Assembly (NCBI GenBank): GCA_964371595.1
Contig: CAYJNJ010000002.1
Span: forward strand, 40,274 to 104,273
DNA length: 64,000 bases
From: an uncultured Bacteroidales bacterium
GTDB taxonomy: Bacteria; Bacteroidota; Bacteroidia; Bacteroidales; JAGOPY01
Reading direction: 5' to 3'
Below, piece by piece: positions 17,328-27,355 of the stretch; position 1 is the stretch's first letter; each line of letters opens with the position of its first letter. Below the pieces are notes generated by a model, which ran no database searches, was not told the origin of the DNA, and saw nothing but the letters and a program-made list of their open reading frames with translations. The position numbers and the translations under genes were made by a program.

Positions 17328-18452
17328 ATGGCAAAGAAAAGGAGAATAAGAAAATCGAGAGTGCTACTGGCCTTCCTCTTCTTTTGCGGTTTTGTAGGCC
17401 TGGTTTTTGGCGTTATGCTCCTTACCGCCGCTAAACCCCCGGTTTACGCCATCACCCAGTGCCAGTACGAAATCAGCCGTGCCCGTGAAGTCGAGGCTGA
17501 CAGGTACGCGCCCCATGTACTGGTTTCAGCCGAAGGCACCTGCCAGATGGCGCTGAATGAATGGAAATACCAGAACGACAGGGTGTTTTTCGTCCGTGAT
17601 TACGACCAGATGATCAGCCTGGCCAAGGAAGCAACCGATAAAGCCAGGGAAGCTACCGAAACAGCCCTGCACATCAAAGATTCGCTCCAATCCGACCTGG
17701 CCAATATACTTAAAACGGTCAGCTATAAACTCGACCACTTCGAAGAGTATTATGCCCATCTGCCCCTGAGCGGAACCACCCGCCAGAATTTCACCACAGC
17801 AAAGATGCGGTATATGGAATCGAAAGAAGCCTATGAAAGAGGCGATTACAAGCAGGTTAGCATAAACCTCGACGTAGCAAGCCAGCTGATCACCCGATCA
17901 GTTGCCGAAGCCCATTCTTTTCTTTCCGATTATTTCAAAGACCTTTCCAAATGGCGCCGCTGGGCCGATGAAACACTTAACTGGTCGGAAAGAAATAATG
18001 CTTATGTTATCATTGTAGATAAGTTTGCCCACCGGCTTTATGTTTATCATGACGGTAAACTGAAAAAGGAATACCGGACTGAACTTGGCCAACATTGGAT
18101 CGGAGCGAAAAAATACCGTGGCGATAAGGCCACTCCCGAAGGGAAATATAATATTACCAAGAAGAAAGCACGGCACCAGACAAAATATTATAAGGCATTG
18201 CTCATCAATTACCCTAATGAAGACGACAAGGCCAGGTATAATGCGCTAGTAAAAAGTGGCAGCATACCAAAAAGAGGAATCGGCAACTTAATCGAAATCC
18301 ACGGTGACGGCGGAAAAGGGATCAACTGGACAGATGGCTGCGTTGCCCTTACCAATGATGAAATGGATAAATTATTTGATCTCGTCAGTGTTGGCACCCC
18401 GGTTACAATTGTTGGATCGTTGAAGAGCCTGCAAGAGGTCAATGGTTTTTAA
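17328..18452 (+). CDS. L,D-transpeptidase (YkuD) family protein with N-terminal DUF4398-like region
   Basis: TM anchor, EADRYAPHVLVSAE (DUF4398-like), and a C-terminal YkuD catalytic block IEIHGDGGKGINWTDGCVALTNDEM (His ... Cys). Confidence 0.8.
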   Translation: MAKKRRIRKSRVLLAFLFFCGFVGLVFGVMLLTAAKPPVYAITQCQYEISRAREVEADRYAPHVLVSAEGTCQMALNEWKYQNDRVFFVRDYDQMISLAKEATDKAREATETALHIKDSLQSDLANILKTVSYKLDHFEEYYAHLPLSGTTRQNFTTAKMRYMESKEAYERGDYKQVSINLDVASQLITRSVAEAHSFLSDYFKDLSKWRRWADETLNWSERNNAYVIIVDKFAHRLYVYHDGKLKKEYRTELGQHWIGAKKYRGDKATPEGKYNITKKKARHQTKYYKALLINYPNEDDKARYNALVKSGSIPKRGIGNLIEIHGDGGKGINWTDGCVALTNDEMDKLFDLVSVGTPVTIVGSLKSLQEVNGF

Positions 18453-18481
18453 TTTATCTTTGAAATCTAAACAAACAGACT

Positions 18482-19183
18482 ATGAAGGAAAGGCCATCAC
18501 CCGGGTATACGCTATTTAAAGTACTCCTGGTTTTTATAGCTGCAATAAGTCTTTCCGTGCTTTTATCCATGCCAATCATCAATAATTTTGGCAGGATACA
18601 GGAATATGCCCTCCAGTTCAAGCCGGAAGTTGAAGTTAAATCAACGGCAAGCCGTATCGGCGCCGGGAATTTAACTGCTTACGCGGCTACACTTGACAAA
18701 GACCTTGCAGCTATTCAGAAGAAACTATCCGTATATCAGCCAAAAGGGCCATACCTCATTATCAATACTTCGGCGAATGAATTCCGGCTGCTTGATGGTG
18801 ACAAAGTCCTAAGGGAAGGCATGTGTTCCACAGGAAGCTACACGGTGCTTCAAGCCGGCGAAAAAAAGCAGTGGATATTCAAGACACCGCGCGGGATGTT
18901 TAAGATATTAAACAAGGTTACAGATCCTGTCTGGAAAAAGCCCGACTGGGCATTTGTGGAAGAAGGCCTTCCGGTTCCTTCGGCCAATCACCCCTCACGC
19001 TACGAATACGGCGTACTGGGCGATTATTCGATGATCCTGGGCGATGGGTATATGATACACGGAACGCTGTACAAACGTTTCCTCGGTTTGCCGGTTACCC
19101 ACGGCTGTGTCAGGATGGGTGATGATGACCTGGAAGTAGTGTTCAAGACGCTGCCGATCGGCTCAAAAGTATACATTTATTAA
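18482..19183 (+). CDS. L,D-transpeptidase (YkuD) family protein
   Basis: TM anchor and catalytic block YMIHGTLYKRFLGLPVTHGCVRM. Confidence 0.85.
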   Translation: MKERPSPGYTLFKVLLVFIAAISLSVLLSMPIINNFGRIQEYALQFKPEVEVKSTASRIGAGNLTAYAATLDKDLAAIQKKLSVYQPKGPYLIINTSANEFRLLDGDKVLREGMCSTGSYTVLQAGEKKQWIFKTPRGMFKILNKVTDPVWKKPDWAFVEEGLPVPSANHPSRYEYGVLGDYSMILGDGYMIHGTLYKRFLGLPVTHGCVRMGDDDLEVVFKTLPIGSKVYIY

Positions 19184-19197
19184 TCCGGGCAAATGAT

Positions 19198-20100
19198 ATG
19201 AATTCAATGAGCAACTCAGAATTTAATATGGAATATCCCGGAAGTAAAGAACAGAAGAAAGGCTTATTCAGAGGTATCGGCAGGTTCTTCAAATGGTTCT
19301 GGCGCAACCGGAGGGTACAGGTGCTGTTCTTCATCCTCGTCATTGCACTGCCGGTATTCCTGATCGTTTACGGAATCGTTCTTCCTGTTAAAAATTACCA
19401 GCCCCATCCGACCTCATCAGGAACAGTTAATAGTCCTGCAGGAGAAAACGGATCCGGGAGTATAAGCCTTACCGATGCGCAGATAGCTGAAGTTAAGGCC
19501 ATTATCAGGAAAGAAAGGGAAAATGCCTTCCAGAAAAGCCGGCTTGCACTGGCTGAAAAAGATTCTATTTACATGGTGCTGGATGTCCCTGCGAAGCTCC
19601 TGGTTCTGGAGATAAAAGGGGTACCCGTTAAAAAGGTCAACCTGCTCAATATCGACATCAGTCACCGCTTCTCCCTGATTTCCCATGAAAACCTCCTGCC
19701 GTGGATTTCAGAGCCTTTCAACCTGGAAAAAGATTTTTCCACCATACCCAAATCACCCATCGTCGTAAAACAGGCGCCTAAAGACACGATCGAAGCCCAG
19801 CTACAATCCTCCAAACCAACGCCCCCTGATTCTACAAATGTTTACTATACTTTATATTTCGACAGGAACCTGGTCCTGGAGATAGAACAATCCGATCCGC
19901 CGGAAGTGGGTTACACTGAAAAAGTCATCACATACCAGAATATTAAGAAGAAAGAATCCACACGTTCGGTATTCCGTATGCTCCGCAATCCACAGCAAAC
20001 CGATCAGCCGATGCAGATAAAGCTAACCATCAGCGAATCCGAGGCCAGGGCCATCTATCGTGCCGTTCCAACCAGATCACGGTTGATACTAAAATTGTAA
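19198..20100 (+). CDS. hypothetical membrane-anchored protein
   Basis: 300-aa ORF with one TM (VLFFILVIALPVFLIVYGIVL). It is on the same strand, 14 nt after the previous gene. No family recognised. Confidence 0.55.
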   Translation: MNSMSNSEFNMEYPGSKEQKKGLFRGIGRFFKWFWRNRRVQVLFFILVIALPVFLIVYGIVLPVKNYQPHPTSSGTVNSPAGENGSGSISLTDAQIAEVKAIIRKERENAFQKSRLALAEKDSIYMVLDVPAKLLVLEIKGVPVKKVNLLNIDISHRFSLISHENLLPWISEPFNLEKDFSTIPKSPIVVKQAPKDTIEAQLQSSKPTPPDSTNVYYTLYFDRNLVLEIEQSDPPEVGYTEKVITYQNIKKKESTRSVFRMLRNPQQTDQPMQIKLTISESEARAIYRAVPTRSRLILKL

Positions 20101-20205
20101 AAATCAAAGATTAATCTCCTCCGCACAAGGTCGTATCAGAAAATTCCCTATTTTTAAAACGCATTTCCGTTATTAAAAACAGGTACTCATTTAATACCAC
20201 GACCC

Positions 20206-21813
20206 TTGTTCCGAATAGAGTCAAAAATCGACATTCAATCCGCGGAGTTCAGGCAAAACAAAGCGCAATTTCTTCAGATCCTCGAAGAATATAAGACCAT
20301 CCTCAAACAGGTAAAACACGGTGCGCCGCCTAAAGCCATCGAAAGGCACAAGCAGCGCGGCAAACTCCTGGCCCGCGAACGTGTCGACCTGCTGATCGAT
20401 CCCAATACACCCTTTCTGGAACTTTCTCCATTGGCAGCATACGGTGGGCATGAGAACCAGTTCCCTTCCGCCGGGATCATTACCGGGATCGGCGTAATCG
20501 AAGGACGGGAAGCGCTGATCATTGCCAATGACGCCACGATCAAGGGCGGGACCTATGTTGAGGAAACGATCAAGAAACATGTCAGGGCACAGCAAATCGC
20601 CATTGAGAACCATTTACCCTGCGTTTATATGGTTGATTCGGGTGGGATTTTCCTGCCGGATCAGTCGAAAGTTTTTGCCGACCGCTTCCATTTCGGGAGG
20701 TTCTTTTACAACCAGGCGAGGCTTAGCGCGATGGGGGTCCCGCAGATCGCCTGCGTGATGGGGTTCTGTACCGCCGGCGGGGCCTATGTACCTGCCATGA
20801 GCGACGAAACCATTATCGTTAAGGAGCAAGGCACGATCTATATTGGCGGCCCTCCGCTGGTGAAGGCGGCTACGGGCGAAGTCGTGACACCCGAAGAACT
20901 GGGAGGGGCCTATGTCCACACTTCCATCTCAGGCGTCGCCGACCATCTCGCCGAAAATGACCGGCATGCTATCCAGATTGTCCGGAATATCTTTCAGACA
21001 CTTGAGAAAAAAGAGAAACAGGTCCTGAATACCTCTCCTGTTGAAGAGCCGTATTACGACCCGGAAGAACTTTACGGCATCGCTCCCATCGACTTTAAAA
21101 AGCCTGTAAATTCCAGAGAAATCATCGCCAGGATCGTCGACGGCAGCCGCTTCCAGGAGTTCAAGGCCCGGTATGCACCTACACTGATCACAGGCTTTGC
21201 CAACATCATGGGCTACCCGGTAGGGATACTCGCCAATAACGGGGTCCTATTCTCCGAATCCTCGCTGAAAGGCGCACACTTTATCGAACTGTGTACATCC
21301 CGCAAGGTACCTATCCTTTTCCTCCAGAATATCACCGGCTTTATCGTAGGGAAACAATATGAGCACGGCGGAATCGCCAAAGACGGCGCCAAATTCGTCC
21401 ATGCCGTTGCCAATGCCGAAGTGCCCAAGTTCACCGTGGTATTCGGAGGATCTTTCGGTGCGGGCAATTATGCCATGGCTGGCCGTGGTTATGATCCCAG
21501 GCTGCTCTTCATGTGGCCAAATTCCCGCATCTCGGTCATGGGCGGCGAACAGGCTTCAGACGTACTGATCCAGGTGAAGGAAGAGCAATTGAAAGCGCAA
21601 GGCAAAGAAATGGACCCTGCAGAACGTGAGAAGCTGAAAACAGAGATCCTGAAAAAATACGATGAAGAAGGGTCGCCTTATTTCAGCACTTCAAGACTCT
21701 GGGACGATGGGATCATCGACCCGGTTGAAACACGGAAATACATTGCAATGGGGATCGCAGCATCAGTAAACTGCCCATTCCCGGATACCAAATATGGGGT
21801 ATTTAGGATGTAA
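20206..21813 (+). CDS. methylcrotonoyl-CoA carboxylase beta subunit (acyl-CoA carboxyltransferase)
   Basis: 535 aa, carboxyl-transferase fold ([41 protein letters not shown]). The C-terminus ...YGVFRM is typical of MCCase beta. TTG start per the ORF track. Confidence 0.9.
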   Translation: MFRIESKIDIQSAEFRQNKAQFLQILEEYKTILKQVKHGAPPKAIERHKQRGKLLARERVDLLIDPNTPFLELSPLAAYGGHENQFPSAGIITGIGVIEGREALIIANDATIKGGTYVEETIKKHVRAQQIAIENHLPCVYMVDSGGIFLPDQSKVFADRFHFGRFFYNQARLSAMGVPQIACVMGFCTAGGAYVPAMSDETIIVKEQGTIYIGGPPLVKAATGEVVTPEELGGAYVHTSISGVADHLAENDRHAIQIVRNIFQTLEKKEKQVLNTSPVEEPYYDPEELYGIAPIDFKKPVNSREIIARIVDGSRFQEFKARYAPTLITGFANIMGYPVGILANNGVLFSESSLKGAHFIELCTSRKVPILFLQNITGFIVGKQYEHGGIAKDGAKFVHAVANAEVPKFTVVFGGSFGAGNYAMAGRGYDPRLLFMWPNSRISVMGGEQASDVLIQVKEEQLKAQGKEMDPAEREKLKTEILKKYDEEGSPYFSTSRLWDDGIIDPVETRKYIAMGIAASVNCPFPDTKYGVFRM

Positions 21814-21814
21814 T

Positions 21815-21856
21815 GTTGAATGTTGAATGTTGAATGTTGAATGTTGAATGTTGAAT
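21815..21856. repeat. tandem heptamer (GTTGAAT)x6 beginning at the stop codon of the preceding gene
   Basis: atgTAAt gttgaat x6, followed by tcggg. A degenerate TAATGAC array at 21883-21928 runs into the next start codon. Confidence 0.9.
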
Positions 21857-21921
21857 TCGGGTTTTTTTCATAATAAGACAACTTAATGACAACCTAATGA
21901 CACCCTAATGACCAGTGACCA

Positions 21922-22713
21922 ATGACTAATTATCAAACGATAGAATTCGAAAAGCAGGCTGACATCGGCATTATATGGCTGAACCGGCCTGATATCCATA
22001 ATGCTTTCAACGAGGTGATGATCCGGGAGATGATCGATTGTGTGGATGCCGTCAATAATATGGATGATATCCGGATCCTTATCCTGAGGGGGCGCGGAAA
22101 ATCATTTTGCGCAGGGGCCGACCTGAATTGGATGCGTGGTGTGGCTAAATATTCCTTCGAACAGAATTATAATGAGAGCCTCAACCTGGCCAGGTGCTTT
22201 TTCAAGATCTATACCTGCAAAAAGCCCACTATTGCCGTAGTTCACGGTGCTGCGATAGGCGGTGCCAACGGCCTGCTGGCATCCTGCGACTTTGCTTATG
22301 CAGACGACAACACCACCTTTTCACTCAGCGAAGTGAAAATCGGTGTGGTCCCTGCCTGCATTTCGCCCTATGTCATCAAGCGGGTCGGCGAATATGGTTC
22401 TAAAGAGCTGATGCTCACCGGGAAAAGGATCAAAGGAAAAGAAGCCGAACATTTTCGCCTGGTGAATAAATCATTGCCTGCAGAAGAGCTGGATGCCTAT
22501 GTCGCATCTGTTATCGAACTGCTGCGGACCAGCGGCCCGAAAGCCATGTCGCAATGCAAAAACCTGGTCTTTAATATCTGCAATATGGAAACGATAGAGC
22601 AGGCAGTAGAATCAACCGCCAGGATGATAGCGGAGATAAGGGCTTCGGAAGAAGGACAGGAGGGAATGGCGGCGTTTTTAGAGAAAAGGAAACCGAAATG
22701 GACAGAATCATAA
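21922..22713 (+). CDS. enoyl-CoA hydratase/isomerase family protein (probable methylglutaconyl-CoA hydratase)
   Basis: Crotonase fold (GRGKSFCAGADL, AVVHGAAIGGANGL). It sits between the two MCCase subunit genes. Confidence 0.8.
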   Translation: MTNYQTIEFEKQADIGIIWLNRPDIHNAFNEVMIREMIDCVDAVNNMDDIRILILRGRGKSFCAGADLNWMRGVAKYSFEQNYNESLNLARCFFKIYTCKKPTIAVVHGAAIGGANGLLASCDFAYADDNTTFSLSEVKIGVVPACISPYVIKRVGEYGSKELMLTGKRIKGKEAEHFRLVNKSLPAEELDAYVASVIELLRTSGPKAMSQCKNLVFNICNMETIEQAVESTARMIAEIRASEEGQEGMAAFLEKRKPKWTES

Positions 22714-22748
22714 ATGTTGAATGTTGAATTCTAAATGCTGAATTCGGG
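22713..22748. repeat. second copy of the GTTGAAT array element (ends ...GTTGAATTCGGG like 21843-21862)
   Basis: aatgttgaatgttgaattctaaatgctgaattcggg starts at the stop codon. An AAATTCA array is at 22789-22807. Confidence 0.85.
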
Positions 22749-22818
22749 AAATAAAATAAGCCCGCATTCATCCGCCAGCTGGCGGACAAAATTCAAAATT
22801 CAAAATTAATTTAGTGGT

Positions 22819-24816
22819 ATGCAGTTATTTAGAAAGATATTAGTTGCCAACCGCGGCGAGATAGCCGTCAGGGTGATCCGTGCTGTTCAGGACCTTGGAA
22901 TTAAAGCTGTGGCAATATATTCTGAAGCCGATGCGGGGTCTTTGCATGTGATGATGGCGGATGAGGCATATAATCTCGGTGGAAATGACCTGGCTGAAAC
23001 CTATCTGAATATCCCGAAGATTGTGCAAATCGCCAGCTCCTGCGGCGCCGGGGCCATCCATCCGGGTTACGGCTTTTTATCGGAGAATTCCGCGTTTGTG
23101 AAGGCCTGTGATGAAACCGGCATCGTCTTTATCGGTCCAAATACCAGGGCTATGAAGCTTATGGGCAACAAGATCGAGTCGAGGGAAGCTTTGAAAGACT
23201 CCGGGATCCCGATGACGGTAGGCATAACCGGCGATTTGGATACGCTCTTAAAAAGAGCGAAGGAAATTCCGGTCCCCATCATGATCAAAGCTGCTGCCGG
23301 TGGCGGCGGAAAAGGCATGCGCATAGTCAACGATTACGACTCATTGCCGGAAATGCTGGAAAGCACCAGCCGTGAAGCCAAATCCTATTTCGGCGATGGG
23401 ACGGTTTTCATCGAAAAATTCATCGAAGAACCACGGCATATAGAAATCCAGGTGCTGGGCGACAACCACGGCAACGTGATCCATCTTTATGAAAGGGAAT
23501 GCTCCATACAGCGCAGGCACCAGAAGATCATCGAAGAATCGCCCTCCCCCTCCCTCACGCCTGAAGTCAGGGAGCAAATGGGCGAAACGGCTGTCAGGAT
23601 TGCCAAAGCCATAGGCTACAATAATGCCGGTACGGTAGAATTCCTTGTTGATAAGGACCTGAAATTCTATTTCCTGGAGATGAATACCCGTGTCCAGGTC
23701 GAACATCCCGTAACAGAAATGGTGACGGGCATCGACATCGTAAAAGAACAGATCCTGATCGCAGCAGGGAAGAAACTGGATATTGAGCAGGAATGGGTGG
23801 TACAGAGCGGCCATGCCATCGAATGCCGTATTTATGCGGAAGACCCGGAGAATAATTTCCTTCCGTCGCCCGGAACGATGTCATATCTTTCCGAACCTGA
23901 AGGAGACGGTATCCGCCTCGATACAGGGATCATGGAGGCCACGACCATTCACAGCTTTTATGATCCGCTCATCTGCAAGCTGATCACCTGGGATGAAAGC
24001 CGAGAAGCCGCGAGGATCAAAATGATCAGCGCACTGGATGATTTCATTATCCACGGCATCAGGACGAACATCGGGTACCTCAAGCAAGTACTGGATCATC
24101 CGGCTTATATCCGGAACCTTATCTCCACAAAATACTGTGATGAACATACAGCTGACCTGGTTTCAGCCATGCAGGACGGCCAAAAAGCTGTCCCGGCCTA
24201 TATCCCCGGTCTTGCCTACTATCTCTATGATTTCAGTTGCAGAAAAGAAGAAGAAACTTCCGGTCACAATATCTGGAGCCATATCAGCTACTGGCGCGAC
24301 CTGGCTGAATTAGAGGGAAGCGTGGATGGAAATGCTTTCAGCTTTGTGATCAATAAAAAGGCGAAGGACGTGTATTATATAACTACCGCCGACGGCCCGC
24401 ATGAAGCCGGTATCAGGATATGTGGCGACGGGTACCTGGAATTGATCCTGGATGGCCTGCAGAAGGAGTTTTATATTTCTACAGACGAAGAAGGGAACGG
24501 ATACGTTAGTTATGAGGGCTTCATCTTCCGTGTCAACCGGAACGATGTGCTGATCAACAGCCAGGAAATCCTGGGAAGTCTTGACCATGGAAGTGGTAAA
24601 CATGACGGGAAGATCATTTCGCCGATGCCGGGGAAGGTGATACAGATCAAAGTGAGAAAAGGGGAAGAGGTGAAGAGGGGACAAACCTTACTTATTGTAG
24701 AGGCAATGAAAATGGAAAATTACATTACTGCACCATCGGATGGAGTTGTGGAAGAGATTAACGTAAAAGTGGGCGATATGGTGAACTCATCTATCTCCCT
24801 GGTGATCTTAAATTAA
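22819..24816 (+). CDS. methylcrotonoyl-CoA carboxylase alpha subunit (biotin carboxylase plus biotin carboxyl carrier domain)
   Basis: Biotin carboxylase N-terminus (KILVANRGEIAVRVIRA), ATP-grasp (KAAAGGGGKGMR), and a C-terminal biotinyl domain with EAMKME. Confidence 0.9.
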   Translation: MQLFRKILVANRGEIAVRVIRAVQDLGIKAVAIYSEADAGSLHVMMADEAYNLGGNDLAETYLNIPKIVQIASSCGAGAIHPGYGFLSENSAFVKACDETGIVFIGPNTRAMKLMGNKIESREALKDSGIPMTVGITGDLDTLLKRAKEIPVPIMIKAAAGGGGKGMRIVNDYDSLPEMLESTSREAKSYFGDGTVFIEKFIEEPRHIEIQVLGDNHGNVIHLYERECSIQRRHQKIIEESPSPSLTPEVREQMGETAVRIAKAIGYNNAGTVEFLVDKDLKFYFLEMNTRVQVEHPVTEMVTGIDIVKEQILIAAGKKLDIEQEWVVQSGHAIECRIYAEDPENNFLPSPGTMSYLSEPEGDGIRLDTGIMEATTIHSFYDPLICKLITWDESREAARIKMISALDDFIIHGIRTNIGYLKQVLDHPAYIRNLISTKYCDEHTADLVSAMQDGQKAVPAYIPGLAYYLYDFSCRKEEETSGHNIWSHISYWRDLAELEGSVDGNAFSFVINKKAKDVYYITTADGPHEAGIRICGDGYLELILDGLQKEFYISTDEEGNGYVSYEGFIFRVNRNDVLINSQEILGSLDHGSGKHDGKIISPMPGKVIQIKVRKGEEVKRGQTLLIVEAMKMENYITAPSDGVVEEINVKVGDMVNSSISLVILN

Positions 24817-24828
24817 TTGGTTTCAATA

Positions 24829-24905
24829 CCTTTGCGTAACTCTGCGAAATACCTGAGAGAATTATCATGCAAAGTTTCGCAAAGGATACGCAAAGATTCG
24901 CAAAG
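24829..24905. repeat. imperfect inverted repeat built from CTTTGCG/CGCAAAG words
   Basis: cctttgcgtaactctgcgaaa ... tgcaaagtttcgcaaaggatacgcaaagattcgcaaag. Confidence 0.7.
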
Positions 24906-24919
24906 AAAATTTTTATATT

Positions 24920-26065
24920 ATGAACTTTGAATTAACTGAAGAACAGAATTTAATCCGGGAGACCGTTCGTGACTTTGCTGAACGCGAGATTAAGCCCGTT
25001 GCAAAGGACCTCGATGAAAAATCGGAATTTTCGCATGACCTGACCCGTAAGATGGGCGAGCTTGGCCTTTTCGGCATGTACCTGCCCGAAAAGTACGGCG
25101 GACAGGGCCTTGATTATCTTTCCTACGTCATTGCCGTGGAAGAGATCGCAAGGATCGACAGTTCGCAGGCGGCAACGCTGGCGGCGCACAATTCGCTGGG
25201 TATCGGCCCGCTGTATTATTACGGCTCTGAAGAGCAGAAGATGAAATACCTGCCGCAGCTCTGCACCGGGGCGGCCCTCTGGGGTTTCGGCCTGACCGAG
25301 CCCGACGCCGGCTCCGATTCACGAGGTACCAAGACTAAAGCCTATGTTGAAAACGGCGAGTGGGTGATCAACGGATCGAAGATCTTCATTACGAACGGAT
25401 CGGTGGACATTTCCGTCGGCTCGACGGTGCAGACCGTCACCGGTGAAAAGGACGGCAGGAAGGAATATACCTGCATCATCGTAGAGAAAGATACACCGGG
25501 CTTCACCCGGCGCAGCATGCATGGAAAGATGCTCTGGAGGGCATCGGATACGGCTGAGCTCTTCTTCGACAACTGCCGTGTTCCTGAAGGTCACCTCCTG
25601 GGCAAAGTGGGGGAAGGCTCGCACATCATGCTCAGCACGCTCGACAGCGGGCGGCTTTCCATAGCCGCCATGGGGCTGGGGCTTGCCCAGGGTGCTTTCG
25701 AACTGGCACTGCAGTACTCCAAAGAGCGGAAGCAGTTCGGACAGGCCATCATCAAATTCCAGGTGACTGCCTTCAAATTAGCCGATATGGCCACCAAGAT
25801 CGAGCTGGCGCGCAACCTGCTTTACAAAGCCTGCTGGCTGAAAGATAACGGCAAGCCTTTCGGGAAAGAAGCAGCCATGGCGAAACTGTATTGTTCGGAG
25901 ATCGCAAGGGAAGTTGCCGACGAAGCGCTGCAGATCCACGGCGGCTACGGGCTGATGAAAGACTACGACATTGAGCGCCATTACCGCGACCAGCGGCTGC
26001 TGCAAATCGGAGAAGGGACCTCTGAGATTCAGAGATTGGTGATTTCACGACACATTGGCTGCTAG
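24920..26065 (+). CDS. acyl-CoA dehydrogenase (probable isovaleryl-/short-branched-chain acyl-CoA dehydrogenase)
   Basis: 381 aa with ACAD blocks (GFGLTEPDAGSD, the catalytic-base region QIGEGTSEIQRLVISR). The context is leucine-catabolism genes. Confidence 0.9.
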   Translation: MNFELTEEQNLIRETVRDFAEREIKPVAKDLDEKSEFSHDLTRKMGELGLFGMYLPEKYGGQGLDYLSYVIAVEEIARIDSSQAATLAAHNSLGIGPLYYYGSEEQKMKYLPQLCTGAALWGFGLTEPDAGSDSRGTKTKAYVENGEWVINGSKIFITNGSVDISVGSTVQTVTGEKDGRKEYTCIIVEKDTPGFTRRSMHGKMLWRASDTAELFFDNCRVPEGHLLGKVGEGSHIMLSTLDSGRLSIAAMGLGLAQGAFELALQYSKERKQFGQAIIKFQVTAFKLADMATKIELARNLLYKACWLKDNGKPFGKEAAMAKLYCSEIAREVADEALQIHGGYGLMKDYDIERHYRDQRLLQIGEGTSEIQRLVISRHIGC

Positions 26066-26233
26066 CGCAGCAAATTCCAAGCACCAAGCACCAAATTCCA
26101 AATAAATTGCAATACCCAAATTCAAAATTCAAAACTGTTTTGAATTTGTTTTTTTGGATTTTGGGCTTATTTGGTATTTGGTGCTTGGTGCTTGGTGTTT
26201 GCTTGGTATTTGGTGCTTGGTGCTTGGAATTTT
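26051..26233 (+). repeat. complex ~180-bp hairpin element made of CCAAGCA/CCAAATT heptamers and their complements (copy 1)
   Basis: The head CACATTGGCTGCTAGCGCAGCAAATTCCAA matches 30063-30092 at 29/30. The left arm ccaagcaccaagcaccaaat pairs with tatttggtgcttggtgcttgg. There is an inner hairpin caaaattcaaaactgttttgaatttg. Confidence 0.85.
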
Positions 26234-26238
26234 AACAA

Positions 26239-27201
26239 TCAGTATCCGCTAATATACTCATTCAGCTCCTCTATTGTTGATTCGAAAGTGAATGCATCGT
26301 TCAGGCGGTAGTAGTTTCCAAGATCATACGTATAACCATAGGCATATTTGGCAAGTTCCAGTCTGGTATCTTCAAAGCTGAAAAGAAGCATGATCTCCTT
26401 TACCTGTGAACAGAGCAGGCAGTTCGCACTGATGACTTGTTTGGCGATAATGAGCTTACTGTCGTCGAATGATTTGGATTCGATTGAACCCTTAACCTGG
26501 TAGAATTCTTCCGGTGACATTGGCCAGGGGCAACCGATCGGCCCCGAATAACCCGGCATCTTGTAAGCAGGCGGCTCTTCCTGCACGACCGGGGCAGGTG
26601 GAACTCCCGTTGCAACCACAGTGGAAGTCATGGTTGTCGTTGTGGTCGTACTGCCAGATGAGCCCGTCATTCCTCCCACATTCACATTGATATCGACATC
26701 CTCTTCGCTATTGAGCACGGAAATGCCCACGCCCATGCCCCCAACCGGTGCGGAGCTGGTTGTAGTGGTGGAGGTAGTTTGGCTAACCATGACGGTTGCG
26801 GGAGGCGGCGGAGGTGGAGGGGTAGTGCTGTAAACGATCACTACCCGGTCAGGAGCTGGCGTCGGGGCCTGGGCCAGAGGCACTTCGTTCATATACCTGA
26901 TCACCCATTCATTCTTATTGTTCCGCTTGATACAAAATGTGGTCTCAGTTCCCTGGCCGAACATGAGGTTTTTATCAATTTCACCCAATTGGGTATCTTC
27001 AAAAAGGATTTTCACTTTGTAAGATGGAGCGGGCAGGTCGGTTACCAGCACATTGGTTTGTGCTTCGGCATTTTGCTGCACTCCGTTCAGTACCAGGTAA
27101 AACCGTTCACCCTGCTCGGTAAAAAAGACCAGGTTTGTTTTCTGGGAAAAGCCTTGGATGGAAAGAAATAAAACGATGGTAAGAAGGAAGGATCTTGTCA
27201 T
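26239..27201 (-). CDS. DUF4476 domain-containing secreted protein with Pro/Thr/Ser-rich linker
   Basis: Signal peptide, low-complexity PPPPPPP/STTTT centre, and a C-terminal block FDDSKLIIAKQVI...VKEIMLLFSFEDTRLELAKYAYGYTYDLGNYY typical of DUF4476. Confidence 0.7.
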   Translation of the reverse strand: MTRSFLLTIVLFLSIQGFSQKTNLVFFTEQGERFYLVLNGVQQNAEAQTNVLVTDLPAPSYKVKILFEDTQLGEIDKNLMFGQGTETTFCIKRNNKNEWVIRYMNEVPLAQAPTPAPDRVVIVYSTTPPPPPPPATVMVSQTTSTTTTSSAPVGGMGVGISVLNSEEDVDINVNVGGMTGSSGSTTTTTTMTSTVVATGVPPAPVVQEEPPAYKMPGYSGPIGCPWPMSPEEFYQVKGSIESKSFDDSKLIIAKQVISANCLLCSQVKEIMLLFSFEDTRLELAKYAYGYTYDLGNYYRLNDAFTFESTIEELNEYISGY

Positions 27202-27241
27202 TGGTATGAGTTTGAAATTTAGTGCTGCAAATTTGGGAAAA

Positions 27242-27312
27242 GAATTCCAAATTCCAAATTCCAGGTTCCAAATTCCAAATAAGTCCTAAGTCCAAAAAAA
27301 CAAATCCAAATT
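27242..27312. repeat. AAATTCC-type array in the divergent spacer between the DUF4476 and STAND genes
   Basis: gaattccaaattccaaattccaggttccaaattccaaataagtcctaagtccaaaaaaacaaatccaaatt. Confidence 0.85.
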
Positions 27313-27355
27313 AGTTTTGTTTTTGAGGATAATATTCAACAAATCAATTACCACA

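Noticed and set aside
18391-18405. Second sigma-54-like motif TGGCACcccggTTAC, upstream of the second L,D-transpeptidase gene.
   Set aside because: It lies inside the coding region of the first transpeptidase gene and its -12 element reads AC rather than GC. It is weaker than the 16491 site and was not called as a feature.
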